Shown: positions 18,885 through 29,741, counted from the stretch's first letter. The stretch: 64,000 bases of DNA from Spirochaetia bacterium (GCA_963666985.2 CAXXIA010000002.1:2016001-2080000), one strand, 5' to 3'. The notes: generated from the letters alone by a model not told the origin. Made by a program: numbers and translations.

Positions 18885-20420
18885 TCAGTCTTCGGAATTT
18901 CGGCTTTCGGAATGCATCGTTACGCGGTTCCGACCCTTTCTTTTGGAAACGTACATGGCTTCATCGGCCATGGACACCAGGGTTTCCAGGCTTGTTTCTT
19001 CCGTAATTTTACCTCCGGCAACGCCGAAACTGCCGGTAACGAACGAAACGGAGGAATTTTCGGAGGATGTCGCGGTTTTCAAGTCTATCCTCAGCCTTTC
19101 GGCCACTTCAAAAGCGTCCGATGCATTCGATTCGGGGAGGAATACAACGAATTCCTCCCCACCGTAGCGGCCCACAAGATCCGGACGGCGGACGCCGTTT
19201 TTTAAAATACGGGCCATGTCAACCAAAAGCCGGTCCCCGGCGGCATGTCCGAGAGTATCGTTAACCTGCTTGAAATGGTCGAGATCGAGGTAAATCACCG
19301 AGCCGAATCTGCTGTGTCGGATCAGATTGATCATTTCGGTGCTAACCGAAGCTTCCCAGCTGTGACGATTTAAAAGGCCCGTCAGCGGATCTTCTCGGGC
19401 CATGCGGGCCAGTTTTTGAACCAGCAGCTCCCGTTCGGTAACGTCGCGCGCAACGATAAGGACTCCTTCTTCAGGTCCCCGCTTTGCCGGCAGGGCGGTT
19501 CGGGAAAGTTCCCAAACTTTCTCTTTTTCGGCAACACGCATTCCGTGTTCGAGGCAATCGGTCAATGCCGGAAAAGCCGATGAGAGAGGCAGTCCTATCG
19601 GATTTGTGTTTATTTCCCCGAAAGCCCGGCGTGCGGCCGGATTGGCGTCCGCGATGCATTCGTTTGAATCCAGTACGATAACCGCATCCTTCATTGTCTC
19701 CACAAGCCAATCCCGCCCTACGGGTGTAAGGAGTAATTGATGGTTTTTCATAATGGCTACATGAAAAAACGGGGAAACGAGAAGGAGCATGATGGGATTT
19801 ATATCGATGCCTCCCATGGGAAATCCCGTGATATACAGGATATTGGGAATAATGGGCAGAAAGCATCCTATAGCCATCAGCGTCGATTGGTTTCTATGAG
19901 ATCGGGGAGCGCGAAGAAGATTCCTGGATATCAGCAGGAGGGCGGATACGAGGCAGGTTATATTATAGCCGGCCTGAATCCAGTACCAAATGGCGGGATG
20001 GTACTCGGCGATAAGCCGATGCGTGTAATGATGATACGTAACGGAGGAATAATAAAGGTTATGAAGGCCGTTGGTGAAACGCAGAAGCATAACAACCGCG
20101 GGAAGAAGGAAGGGAATAATATCCAAAACGATGGGAATACGGCGGTTGGGTTCCACGAAATATAACGTGAACATAAACAGCAGCGGGGCGACGAAAGGAA
20201 GGCCGATATATTGAATATGCGACCAAAATTCGAGCTGGGCCGTCATGGTTCCGGTTATTTCCATTCCATACCCGAAGGTGTAAACGGCGGAAGCGGCGCA
20301 TAGAAGAAAAAAACGCAGAACGGCTTTTCGGCGGACTTTTTTAAAGGTAATTATCCCCAAAATCAGGAGGTAAATGGAACCGAGAATCAAGAGTGTCGAA
20401 AACAACCGTATGGGTGTCAT
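18885..20420 (-). CDS. HisKA_7TM + PAS-like + GGDEF diguanylate cyclase
   Basis: About 7 TM segments; DPLTGLLNR, DLDHFKQVNDTLGHAAGD, RYGGEEF; RPDL I-site-like region. Confidence 0.9.
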   Translation of the reverse strand: MTPIRLFSTLLILGSIYLLILGIITFKKVRRKAVLRFFLLCAASAVYTFGYGMEITGTMTAQLEFWSHIQYIGLPFVAPLLFMFTLYFVEPNRRIPIVLDIIPFLLPAVVMLLRFTNGLHNLYYSSVTYHHYTHRLIAEYHPAIWYWIQAGYNITCLVSALLLISRNLLRAPRSHRNQSTLMAIGCFLPIIPNILYITGFPMGGIDINPIMLLLVSPFFHVAIMKNHQLLLTPVGRDWLVETMKDAVIVLDSNECIADANPAARRAFGEINTNPIGLPLSSAFPALTDCLEHGMRVAEKEKVWELSRTALPAKRGPEEGVLIVARDVTERELLVQKLARMAREDPLTGLLNRHSWEASVSTEMINLIRHSRFGSVIYLDLDHFKQVNDTLGHAAGDRLLVDMARILKNGVRRPDLVGRYGGEEFVVFLPESNASDAFEVAERLRIDLKTATSSENSSVSFVTGSFGVAGGKITEETSLETLVSMADEAMYVSKRKGRNRVTMHSESRNSED

Positions 20421-20682
20421 TGGCTTTTTTTAGTATTCGCCCCTTTGAAAGCGGGAAGTGTTAAGTCCACTATATCATCGGAGGGGAAACATACCATAGA
20501 TTCCTTTTTAAGTCAGTGAAAGCGAAAATCGGGAAAGCTGCTTAAAGATTGAATCAAAGTCTTTGAGAGAATTCGTTGTATATCGCCTTTGTGTATGTGA
20601 TATTGTCAAAATAGATAATAAATATTTCAGAATTCATCATTTCACGCTACCATTTTTGAATGATCGGGATTATAGTCCAGTT

Positions 20683-21873
20683 ATGAACATTCTCATTGCG
20701 GATAAGTTGTCCGAAAGTGCAGTAGACGCCCTGAAAAAACTGGGCGCGAAGATTCGGGTCGAGCCCTCGCTTGGGGCCGACGATCTTCCCAGTGCCGTCG
20801 GAGATGCCGACGTTCTGGTGGTCAGGTCGACCAAGGTTACTTCCGCCGCGATTGATGCGGGTTCCAACCTTTCGCTGATTATCCGCGCCGGGGCGGGCGT
20901 GAATACGATTGACCTAAAACATGCGTCGGAGCGGGGCATTCATGTTGCCAATTGTCCGGGAAAAAACGCCGACGCCGTAGCCGAGCTGACCATGGGACTT
21001 ATTGTCGCCGCCGACAGACGCATCGCCGATCAGACCGCCGATTTACGAGCCGGTAAATGGGACAAAAAAGGTTACGGCAAGGCTCCGGGATTAAAGGGAA
21101 GGACTTTGGGAATTCTCGGTTACGGTTCCATTGGAAAAAACGTGGCCGAACGGGCCGCGGCTTTCGGGATGCCGGTTATCGCCTGGTCCAGGAGTCTGAC
21201 TCCGGAACGCGCCGAGGAGGAGGGGATCGGATTCTGCTCCACGCCGATGGAACTTGCGGCCGCTTCCGATATCGTTTCGGTTCATCTTGCCGCCGCGTCG
21301 GAAACCGTTGGGCTGATCGATACGGAGTTTCTTGCCGCAATGAAAGACGGGGCCGTCCTGGTTAATACATCGCGCGGCGAAATCGTCGATAGAGCCGCAT
21401 TGATGAAGGCCATTGAGAATAAAGGGCTTCGAGTCGCCCTGGATGTGTATGAGGGTGAACCCGCAGCGGGTGATTCGACCTTTTCCGATACCGATCTGGC
21501 GGCGAAAATCGTGGGAACCCATCACATCGGAGCTTCCACGGAACAAGCTTCCGAGGCCATTGCCGAAGAAACGGTCCGTATCATCAAAACATATATGGAA
21601 ACGGGAAAACCGGCGAACCCCGTAAATGCGCAGGACAAAAGTCCCGCTCCCTTCGGATTGGTTATCCGGCATTTTAACCGTGTCGGCGTTTTGGCCGGTG
21701 TTTTGGTTGCTCTCAGGGAAGAGGGAATCAATATTGAGGAGATGGAAAACGCCATTTTTTCCGGCGGCAAGGCCGCCGTGTGTACCCTCAAGCTTGATGA
21801 CGAACCGGGGAAAGATCTTATTGCAAGGCTGAATGAGAATCCGGACATCATTCAGGCAACGATGACGAATTAA
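20683..21873 (+). CDS. serA: D-3-phosphoglycerate dehydrogenase-like D-2-hydroxyacid dehydrogenase with C-terminal ACT domain
   Basis: IIRAGAGVNTID, GILGYGSIG, LVNTSRGEIVD, LDVYEGEP, HIGAST; ACT-like HFNRVGVLA. Confidence 0.75.
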   Translation: MNILIADKLSESAVDALKKLGAKIRVEPSLGADDLPSAVGDADVLVVRSTKVTSAAIDAGSNLSLIIRAGAGVNTIDLKHASERGIHVANCPGKNADAVAELTMGLIVAADRRIADQTADLRAGKWDKKGYGKAPGLKGRTLGILGYGSIGKNVAERAAAFGMPVIAWSRSLTPERAEEEGIGFCSTPMELAAASDIVSVHLAAASETVGLIDTEFLAAMKDGAVLVNTSRGEIVDRAALMKAIENKGLRVALDVYEGEPAAGDSTFSDTDLAAKIVGTHHIGASTEQASEAIAEETVRIIKTYMETGKPANPVNAQDKSPAPFGLVIRHFNRVGVLAGVLVALREEGINIEEMENAIFSGGKAAVCTLKLDDEPGKDLIARLNENPDIIQATMTN

Positions 21874-21921
21874 CGGACATCGCATGGTCACACGGCATCT
21901 TGTCGGTCTACCATAGTGACC

Positions 21922-22485
21922 ATGAAGTCCATATGCGTTTTCTGCGGATCGAGTACGGGAAGCGATGCCGCTTTTTCCGCCGCGGCGAAAAGTCTCGGCG
22001 GACTCATTGCTTCCCGCGGTTTTTCATTGGTTTACGGCGGAAGCAACATCGGTTTGATGGGACTTGTCTCGGCCGCCGCGCGTGATGCGGGTGGAGATGT
22101 CACAGGCATTATTCCCGAAAGAATCGCCCGAAACGTGGCCATGCAGCCGGGAATCACTCTGGAAGTCGTACCGGACATGCACGCCCGCAAATCCCGAATG
22201 TATGAGCTTTCGGACGGGTTTATTTCCTTGCCCGGCGGTATCGGAACGCTGGAAGAAACGTTCGAAGTCTGGACCTGGAACCAAATCGGTTATCACGCGA
22301 AGCCTTTGGCCCTCTATAATGTTTCGGGATATTACTCCACTCTGTGCGACTTTCTTAACCACAGCGCCGCATCGGGCTTTATTCGTCCGAAGCAGCATAA
22401 AGCCTTGATCGTCGAGACAAACCCGGAAGTGCTTCTCGACAGCATGGAAAGCTGGTTGCCCGATTATGGTGCGAAATGGGATTGA
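21922..22485 (+). CDS. LOG family (TIGR00730) nucleotide monophosphate phosphoribohydrolase
   Basis: ICVFCGSS, LVYGGSNIGLMG, DMHARK, PGGIGTLEE. Confidence 0.92.
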   Translation: MKSICVFCGSSTGSDAAFSAAAKSLGGLIASRGFSLVYGGSNIGLMGLVSAAARDAGGDVTGIIPERIARNVAMQPGITLEVVPDMHARKSRMYELSDGFISLPGGIGTLEETFEVWTWNQIGYHAKPLALYNVSGYYSTLCDFLNHSAASGFIRPKQHKALIVETNPEVLLDSMESWLPDYGAKWD

Positions 22486-22540
22486 TTCCCGCCGGCGTTT
22501 GAACGTTCTGCCGTGCCCCGTTTAGCCGCGTCTCGTCCGA

Positions 22541-23839
22541 TTAGGAATAGAACTTCTTGTAGTCGCCCCGCGTAATAATTCCCAACAGCTTTGTCCCGTT
22601 CAGCACCGGAAGATGCCCTATGTTATGACCGAGCATGTTGCGTTCCACCTCACGGATTGTATCGCTCGGAGCGCAGGAAACGAATCTCTTCGCCATATAG
22701 GCGCTGACGGGCGCGTGCATCGCTTCGGCCTTTCTGGCTTTGCTGACGTCTTTCAGAGAAAACACACCAACGACGTTGCCTTCGGCATCCAAAACGGGAG
22801 CGCCGGAAAAACCTGTTTCTTCGAACAGCATGGAAGCATCCAGAATTTTCATATTCGGTGATAAAGATGTAACATTTCTCGACATCAAATTCTCTGCGGT
22901 TAAGGCATCCACGGGAACCGTTTCAAGGCGCTGCAGCAGCATGTCCCAAACATCGAGATCTTCTTTTATCAGAGCCGAAGCGGCCGCGATATGACCGTGT
23001 CCGCCGAATTCGGCCAAGACATCCAGCAGATTGAACCGTTCTTTTCGGCTCCGGCCGATAAGAAGATGGTGATTTTTACTTTTAATATCCACAAGGACGA
23101 TCAGAACATCCACCGGTTCGGCGGCAAAGACCCGATCCACCACTTCCGCAATTCCGGAAATTTGTTCTTCCAGTACAACTCGGGAGAGTCCCACCTCATG
23201 ACCCCGGAAACGGCGCCATGACAAATTTCCCAGAATGCGATGGAAAAGGTCCGCTTGAAAGGGCTCCCTGAGAGGGCGGAGGAGCCGGCGAACCATATTC
23301 AGAGAAGCTCCCTGGTTTTTTAGCCAAACCGCAGCTTCGAAGTCTCTTATCGTCGTTGAATTGTGAGTGAAATTTCCCGTATCCGCATAAATCCCTGCAA
23401 GAGCGATTGTCGCGACATCAGGAGGAACGGAGATATCGGCTTCCCGGCAGAGAAGGGCCATATGGGAGGCTTGAGCTCCCTCGGACGCCGAGATAAGCCG
23501 TGCGCCGGGAATGTCCGCGTCTTCGTTGACATGATGATCGTAGATAACCGTTTCCAAGGGAACGTCGCCGAGCGCTTCAAGAACTTCGCGGATTCGTCCC
23601 TTGGATCTGGTATCCACCACGATAAGGCTTTTCGGTTTTACACCTTTAATATCCTTAATGATCAGCAAAGGGATATCGTATTGATAAACCGTCAAGGCTT
23701 CCTGTACGGCAGGCTGTGTAAGACGGCTTCGTACCGGAACATGATCGGGATGCAGAGCGGCGGCCAGGACCATGGAACCCAAGCAGTCCAGATCCATATT
23801 CGCATGCCCGACAATCAAGCGGTCGACCGGATGACTCAT
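22541..23839 (-). CDS. DHH/DHHA1 phosphoesterase with C-terminal CBS pair
   Basis: HANMDLDCLGS, VVDT, YDHH, GIYADTG, GGHGHIAAASA; two CBS domains at the C-terminus. Confidence 0.85.
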   Translation of the reverse strand: MSHPVDRLIVGHANMDLDCLGSMVLAAALHPDHVPVRSRLTQPAVQEALTVYQYDIPLLIIKDIKGVKPKSLIVVDTRSKGRIREVLEALGDVPLETVIYDHHVNEDADIPGARLISASEGAQASHMALLCREADISVPPDVATIALAGIYADTGNFTHNSTTIRDFEAAVWLKNQGASLNMVRRLLRPLREPFQADLFHRILGNLSWRRFRGHEVGLSRVVLEEQISGIAEVVDRVFAAEPVDVLIVLVDIKSKNHHLLIGRSRKERFNLLDVLAEFGGHGHIAAASALIKEDLDVWDMLLQRLETVPVDALTAENLMSRNVTSLSPNMKILDASMLFEETGFSGAPVLDAEGNVVGVFSLKDVSKARKAEAMHAPVSAYMAKRFVSCAPSDTIREVERNMLGHNIGHLPVLNGTKLLGIITRGDYKKFYS

Positions 23840-23963
23840 AAATGAAGTCTAGGGCCTGAACTTTAAAACGTACAAGTAAAATATTTATCCTGTGATCGCC
23901 AATCAAAATATATCGGCGGTTTTCATCTCTTCTTGCTCGGCGCCGGTGTGGTAGGATTCCCGA

Positions 23964-25199
23964 ATGCAATATCGGACAATGCCCGGCGGAGGCCGCCGGT
24001 TATCCGCCTTGGGTTTCGGCATCATGAGACTGCCCACCCGTGCCGGCATCATCGATGTTAAACGAAGCGACGCGATGCTTACACGCGCCCTGGATGCCGG
24101 CGTGAATTATCTCGACACCGCCTATCCCTACATGAAAGGTCAATCGGAACCCTATATAGGGCGTTTCCTTCACGAATCGGGACGAAGAAACGACGCGGCG
24201 GTGGCTACGAAGCTCCCGCATTGGCTCACCAATACGCGCCCTCAGATGGAGAAAATGCTGGAGACTCAGCTTAAAAGACTGCGAACGGACCGCATCGATT
24301 ACTACCTCATACATAACCTCGTCGGCGGAACTTGGGAGGATTTAATGCGGCGGGATGTTCTCGGATTTCTTGAAAGCGCGAAGAAATCGGGGAAAATCTT
24401 GAACGCGGGCTTTTCCTGGCATGGAACCGCGGAAAGTTTTCCCTCCGTGGTCGACTCCTGGAATTGGGATTTCTGCCAGATTCAATACAATATTCTCGAC
24501 GAACGGCGGCAAGCCGGAACCGCCGGGTTGGAATACGCCGCCTCAAAGGGATTGGGTCTTGTTGTTATGGAACCTCTTCGCGGCGGGAAGCTGGCCTCTA
24601 AAATCCCAACGGAGGCGGCCGAAGCGTGGAAGGCGCTTCCGCGGCGCAGTCCCGCCGAATGGTGCCTTTCCTGGGTCTGGAACCGCCCGGAAGTGACCGT
24701 TGTTCTTTCCGGTTTTTCCGATGAGGATCATTTGGACGCCACTCTGGCCCTCGCCGGCCAAGCGCTTCCCGAAACGCTCACCCGAAAGGAAACGGAAGTT
24801 ATCGCCGCTGTCCGGGACGCCTACGGAAAGGCGGGCGCGGTGGACTGCACGGGCTGCCGCTACTGCATGCCGTGTCCCTTCGGTGTTTCCATTCCGGATG
24901 TCTTCGACTGGTACAACGAATGGAAAACCGTGCGGCACGATCTGACGCAGCGTTTGTTCTATCTGACTACCGTGGGAGGCCTACTGTCCGGAAAAAGCGG
25001 TCTGGCATCACGCTGCACCTCCTGCGGCGCCTGTCTTGCAAAATGTCCGCAGTCTCTTCCCATTCCGGAACTCCTTAACGGCATTACCCGCGAATACGAA
25101 GGCCTTCTCGGACGCCTGACCGAATCGGGCGGTAAGATCCTCCGCGCGTTCCGGCGCATTTGGAAAAGACTTTTTCAAGGAACGGAAAGAGCAAAATGA
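23964..25199 (+). CDS. Aldo/keto reductase with C-terminal 4Fe-4S dicluster domain
   Basis: LGFGIMRLP, NYLDTAYPY, VMEPLRGG; CTGCRYCMPCP and CTSCGACLAKCP. Confidence 0.9.
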   Translation: MQYRTMPGGGRRLSALGFGIMRLPTRAGIIDVKRSDAMLTRALDAGVNYLDTAYPYMKGQSEPYIGRFLHESGRRNDAAVATKLPHWLTNTRPQMEKMLETQLKRLRTDRIDYYLIHNLVGGTWEDLMRRDVLGFLESAKKSGKILNAGFSWHGTAESFPSVVDSWNWDFCQIQYNILDERRQAGTAGLEYAASKGLGLVVMEPLRGGKLASKIPTEAAEAWKALPRRSPAEWCLSWVWNRPEVTVVLSGFSDEDHLDATLALAGQALPETLTRKETEVIAAVRDAYGKAGAVDCTGCRYCMPCPFGVSIPDVFDWYNEWKTVRHDLTQRLFYLTTVGGLLSGKSGLASRCTSCGACLAKCPQSLPIPELLNGITREYEGLLGRLTESGGKILRAFRRIWKRLFQGTERAK

Positions 25200-25424
25200 C
25201 GGATTGAAAATTTAATCAAAAGCCGTTGGATCATTTTGAGTCCCGCCGAATGCCGTTTGGGCACTTAAGCGCATTAAATATTTAATCCCACACACAGTTC
25301 CGCACCTGTATACTTATCATCCGGCTGAAGCCGCGAATAAGCCGCAAAGAGACCGGCAAACAGGCTGCAAAAACCGTGAACGGACCGCTGAAAAGTCGCG
25401 AAAGAGCGGCAAAGGAGCCGAAAA

Positions 25425-26219
25425 TTGGAAACCAAACGGATCAGAGATTGCGATATAGCCTATGAATTGAAAGGAGAAGGCGGAACTCCCGTTCTTTTCC
25501 TGAACGGCATCGCCATGACCATAGGACACTGGGGCGCCCTTGGCGGCATCCTGGAACCCAATCACCAATGCCTGTACCATGATTTTCGCGGCCAGCTGAT
25601 GAGCGGGAAGCCCGAGGACGGCTATTCTCTGGAAAGCCACGCGGATGATGTCAAAGAACTGATGAACGTCCTCGGCATCGAAAAGGCCCACATCGTGGGA
25701 ACCTCCTACGGCTCCGAAATCGCCATGATCTTCGTAATGGCCTACCCCGAGTCCTGCCTCAGCCTTACCGTCATCGACGGCGTAAGCGAACTCGACGCCG
25801 TTCTGGAAACCGCCGTTGATTCCTGGAAACTGACCGCCCTTGCCGACCCCGTTCTTTTTTACCGAACCATCCTTCCCTGGAATTATTCACCGAGCTACAT
25901 CGAGGCAAATCGTGAAGGATTTCGCAGCCGCGAAGAAGTGATGAAAAAACTTCCCCGGGAATACTATGAAGCCTTTTCCCGACTCTGCGACGCCTTTTTG
26001 GCCATCAACCTTACGCCGAAACTCGGCCTTATCTCCTGCCCGACACTCGTTATCGTCGCCGAACGGGACATTCTCAAACACCGCCTGTTCGCCGAGATTA
26101 TCACACGCGGTATTCCCGGAGCCGAACTGCGCATCGTGCCCGGCGCCGGCCATGCCGTGGTGATCGAACGCCCCGCCGAATTAGGCGAAATGATTCGCGA
26201 CTGGATAGGAAATTTATAG
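25425..26219 (+). CDS. Alpha/beta hydrolase (enol-lactonase-like)
   Basis: AAGGAG RBS and TTG start; DFRGQ, nucleophile elbow GTSYG, D and H in AERDIL / GAGHAV. Confidence 0.85.
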   Translation: METKRIRDCDIAYELKGEGGTPVLFLNGIAMTIGHWGALGGILEPNHQCLYHDFRGQLMSGKPEDGYSLESHADDVKELMNVLGIEKAHIVGTSYGSEIAMIFVMAYPESCLSLTVIDGVSELDAVLETAVDSWKLTALADPVLFYRTILPWNYSPSYIEANREGFRSREEVMKKLPREYYEAFSRLCDAFLAINLTPKLGLISCPTLVIVAERDILKHRLFAEIITRGIPGAELRIVPGAGHAVVIERPAELGEMIRDWIGNL

Positions 26220-26452
26220 GGATTTAATCCCCGCGGGTTCGCCGTGCCCCTTCCTTCTTTTGTATCCGTTGGCCACATGACCCCCGAAGCCCGGCCTTCA
26301 CCGCCCTTCCCGTACGCATCAGACCGCCCCCGCCGAAACCGGCGGCCTGCTGTTCAACCGCGAAAATCCGTTTATTCGGCCGGAACCGCCGCATCGGGCG
26401 TTCATCAGACTTGCCTAATCACCCGGCCGTCGTGTATATTTCACACCGCATC

Positions 26453-26527
<75 letters not shown>

Positions 26528-26629
26528 GTATTTGCTTGCAATGCAAGTGTTTATTGCTTCTTGAAGAACCGGCGGTTCTCCTGAATATCTACTGTTACGT
26601 CGATTGTTACGTTGAACAGGAGATGGAGA

Positions 26630-27778
26630 ATGAGCCGGTTTCTTTTTTATCACACGTTTCGAAGGAAGAATTTAAAAGGGAAATTTTTTTACTACATTCG
26701 GTTTATCGACTCTGATACAGGCAAAACCGTTAAAACACTATCATCAGGACTCACCAATAAGACACAGGCAATCAGGTGGGCTGAATCGAAACTCAAGGAA
26801 GTTCAGAATGAATTAAACATGGTTACTGATATACCTTTACTCTCTGAGTATGGATCAAACTACTTTTCTATGAACGGTCCATATGAAACCAAGAAAACTC
26901 AGAGAGGTTATTCGGTCGCAAAGGTTTATCTCTACACATGCTCCTGCTATACGCGAAATCATATCATTCCAATCTGGGGGATGTTTCGACTCAATAAGTT
27001 AACGACAGAAATCATCGATCAGAAGCTACTCGAAATCTTTCGATCTGGACGAGTCGCCAGTGATACCGTAAATCGTATTCTAAGAGTTCTCAGGCTTATT
27101 CTCGATGGTGCGGTATCGGATGGATATCTTAACGAAAATCCAGCCGTGAGAGTCAAACAGGTTAAAGTAACCAAGAAAGAACGAGGGGTCTTTACGCAAG
27201 GAGAACTTGTTTATCTCTTCTCTGATCCGCTTATCTGGACAGATATTAGGCATTATACGTTGAATCTCTTAGCGTTTACTTCAGGAATGAGACTCGGTGA
27301 AATCCGTGGTCTGTGCATTGAGAACGTCCATAGTGACTATATTTCGGTTCGTCAGCAGTGGGAGAATGGATACGGACTGAAGCCGCCAAAGGCTAACAGT
27401 ATTCGAGATATAGCAATTCCTCGAATTACATCCGAAGCTCTCCATTACCTAATCAGCTTAACTCGCCCGAGTAGGATTGTATTTTACTCATCTGAAGATG
27501 ATCGAAAACCAATGACAGCAAGCCATATAGTGAAATCATTGTATGAAGCGCTTCAAGGAATAGGTATTACTGAAGATGAACGCAGGAGAAGAAATCTAGT
27601 GTTTCACTCGTGGCGGCATACTCTGAATACAGTTCTTAGGGCGGAGGGTGTTGCTGATGCGAAGATAAGGCAGATTACAGGGCACAGGACAGAAGAGATG
27701 ACAGCTAATTATACTCATTTTCAGGCAGAAGACTTTAAAGATATTAGTGCGTTAACCAGTCGTATTCTCATACCTTAG
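26630..27778 (+). CDS. Tyrosine recombinase/integrase
   Basis: SGMRLGEI (R), PPKA (K), FHSWRH (HxxR), GHRTEEMTANY (H, Y); GGAG RBS before ATG 26630. Confidence 0.93.
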   Translation: MSRFLFYHTFRRKNLKGKFFYYIRFIDSDTGKTVKTLSSGLTNKTQAIRWAESKLKEVQNELNMVTDIPLLSEYGSNYFSMNGPYETKKTQRGYSVAKVYLYTCSCYTRNHIIPIWGMFRLNKLTTEIIDQKLLEIFRSGRVASDTVNRILRVLRLILDGAVSDGYLNENPAVRVKQVKVTKKERGVFTQGELVYLFSDPLIWTDIRHYTLNLLAFTSGMRLGEIRGLCIENVHSDYISVRQQWENGYGLKPPKANSIRDIAIPRITSEALHYLISLTRPSRIVFYSSEDDRKPMTASHIVKSLYEALQGIGITEDERRRRNLVFHSWRHTLNTVLRAEGVADAKIRQITGHRTEEMTANYTHFQAEDFKDISALTSRILIP

Positions 27779-27986
27779 TATCTGTAAAAAACATAAAAAA
27801 CATAAAAACCAATCTCACTTGGAAATATATAAAAACTACTTAATATGCAGTATATATTACATAAACTATATCAATTAGTATTTTTTTAGTTTGATGAAGA
27901 GAAGGGGCATTAGGGGTAGAAAATAGAGACAAGAAATAAAACCTAAGAATTATTAATTTCTAGATTTTTTGGAAAAGTTTATAAAA

Positions 27987-29709
27987 GGGGCTGTCTCATA
28001 AGAGGCGGCCCTTTTTCATGTCTGGAAGAATTCCCTTCTGAATTCAAGGGTGGTAGAATTCTTCATGGACACTAAAAAGAAGGCTACATTCAAAGATTAC
28101 GAAATCAGCCAACAGATGCTCCTGCCTCCAAGTCTCGATGAACTGCTTCCCGCAAACCATATATCCCGCACAATCAACAACTTCATCGACACGATGGATA
28201 CCAGTGAGCTCTTCAACGCCTATCCGGGAGGCGGTGCCAGCAGCTACCACCCAGTGATGATGCTGAAGGTTCTGGTGTTGGCCTACTCGAAACAGCTGTA
28301 TTCCTGTCGTCAAATCGCAGACGCTCTTCGTGAGCAGATATGCTTCATGTGGATCAGTGGTAATAACCGTCCTGATTTCCACACGATAAACAGATTTCGT
28401 AACGGTCCATTGAAGAAGAGCATCGAGAAAATCTTTGCCTCAATGGCCAACAGCCTCATCGAGAGCGGACATGTCCAGATGGAGAACTACTTTCTCGACG
28501 GCACAAAAATCGAATCAGCAGCTAACAAATACACATGGGTATGGGGCCGGGCGACAGACAAGTTCCAGAAGCGCCTGGCCGGCAATATGGATGAGCTTTT
28601 CGAATACATCGACCGCATCAATGAAGAAGAGGATGAGAAGTACGGCGACCATGACCTTCCCCATGTGGATCCTCAAGGCAGGCCGATGTCGGAGATTCTC
28701 GAAGATGCGGTATCCAAGCTCAATGAAGAGCTGCGCAAGGATCGGGAGGAGCGAGAAAAGAAGGAGATTCAACGGAGATTGAATACCGCTAGCAAGGACT
28801 ATCTCCCTCGTGCCAAAAAGTATGAGCAGCAGAAGAGAATCCTCGGCGACCGAAATAGTTACTCGAAAACAGACTATGATGCGACTTTCATGCGGATGAA
28901 AGAAGACTATATGAAAAATGGTCAGCTCAAGCCCGGGTACAACATCCAAATGGGTACTGAGAACCAGTTCATCCTCGGATATAGCATCCACCAGAGTCCC
29001 GGTGACTCCCTGACATTGCCGCTACATATGGAGAAACTGAAAAAGAATCTGAAACGCTATCCGAAAAGAATCATTGCTGATTCAGGATATGGTAGTGAAG
29101 AGAACTACCAGTGGTGTGAGGATCATGGTGTCGAGAAGTACATCAAGTTCAGCTACTTCCACAGGGAGCGGAAACGGAAGTTCAAGAAGCAGATTCATAT
29201 GAAAGAGAACTGGGACTATCGTGCCTCTGATGATACATACCGGTGCCCCAAGGGTCGCCGATTCAAACACGAGGAGACCAGAATCTCGAAAACAGGTTCA
29301 GGATTTCCGACCACTGAAAAAAGGTATACAGGCCCTGGATGCCAAAGGTGTTCTCTCCGAATCCGGTGCTGCAAATACGGAGGCAAAGAGCGCATCCTGA
29401 CGGTTCGTCCAAACCTGGAACGGCATAAGTCTGAAGTGCGCAAGTTGCTGACTTCAGAGGAAGGACTGAGAATGCGCTCTCTCAGGCCGATTGAAGTCGA
29501 ATCTGTATTCGGAGATATCAAGACGAATATGGGATTTCGGAGATTCCGAACCAGGGGATTGAAGATGGTCAGTACTGAATGGGGACTGTTGAGTATGGCT
29601 CATAACATGAGGAAGCTACAGAAACGATAAGGGGATGGGAGGGAACCTCCCGTCTTCGGAGGTCAACCAAATTTTAAAAGGGGCTGTCTCAAACTAATGA
29701 GACAGCCCC
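27987..29709 (+). mobile_element. IS1182-family insertion sequence
   Basis: Terminal IRs GGGGCTGTCTCAT(A/T)AG (15/16) at 27987-28002 and 29694-29709; each end forms a hairpin; no clear target duplication. Confidence 0.85.
28065..29630 (+). CDS. IS1182-family transposase
   Basis: GGASSYHPVMMLK, PDFHTINRFR, DGTKIESAAN, SKTDYDATFMRMKED, ADSGYGSE, IEVESVFGDIK. Confidence 0.93.
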   Translation: MDTKKKATFKDYEISQQMLLPPSLDELLPANHISRTINNFIDTMDTSELFNAYPGGGASSYHPVMMLKVLVLAYSKQLYSCRQIADALREQICFMWISGNNRPDFHTINRFRNGPLKKSIEKIFASMANSLIESGHVQMENYFLDGTKIESAANKYTWVWGRATDKFQKRLAGNMDELFEYIDRINEEEDEKYGDHDLPHVDPQGRPMSEILEDAVSKLNEELRKDREEREKKEIQRRLNTASKDYLPRAKKYEQQKRILGDRNSYSKTDYDATFMRMKEDYMKNGQLKPGYNIQMGTENQFILGYSIHQSPGDSLTLPLHMEKLKKNLKRYPKRIIADSGYGSEENYQWCEDHGVEKYIKFSYFHRERKRKFKKQIHMKENWDYRASDDTYRCPKGRRFKHEETRISKTGSGFPTTEKRYTGPGCQRCSLRIRCCKYGGKERILTVRPNLERHKSEVRKLLTSEEGLRMRSLRPIEVESVFGDIKTNMGFRRFRTRGLKMVSTEWGLLSMAHNMRKLQKR

Positions 29710-29741
29710 TTTTTTCTATCTAATGATTCTCTAGGAGCTTG

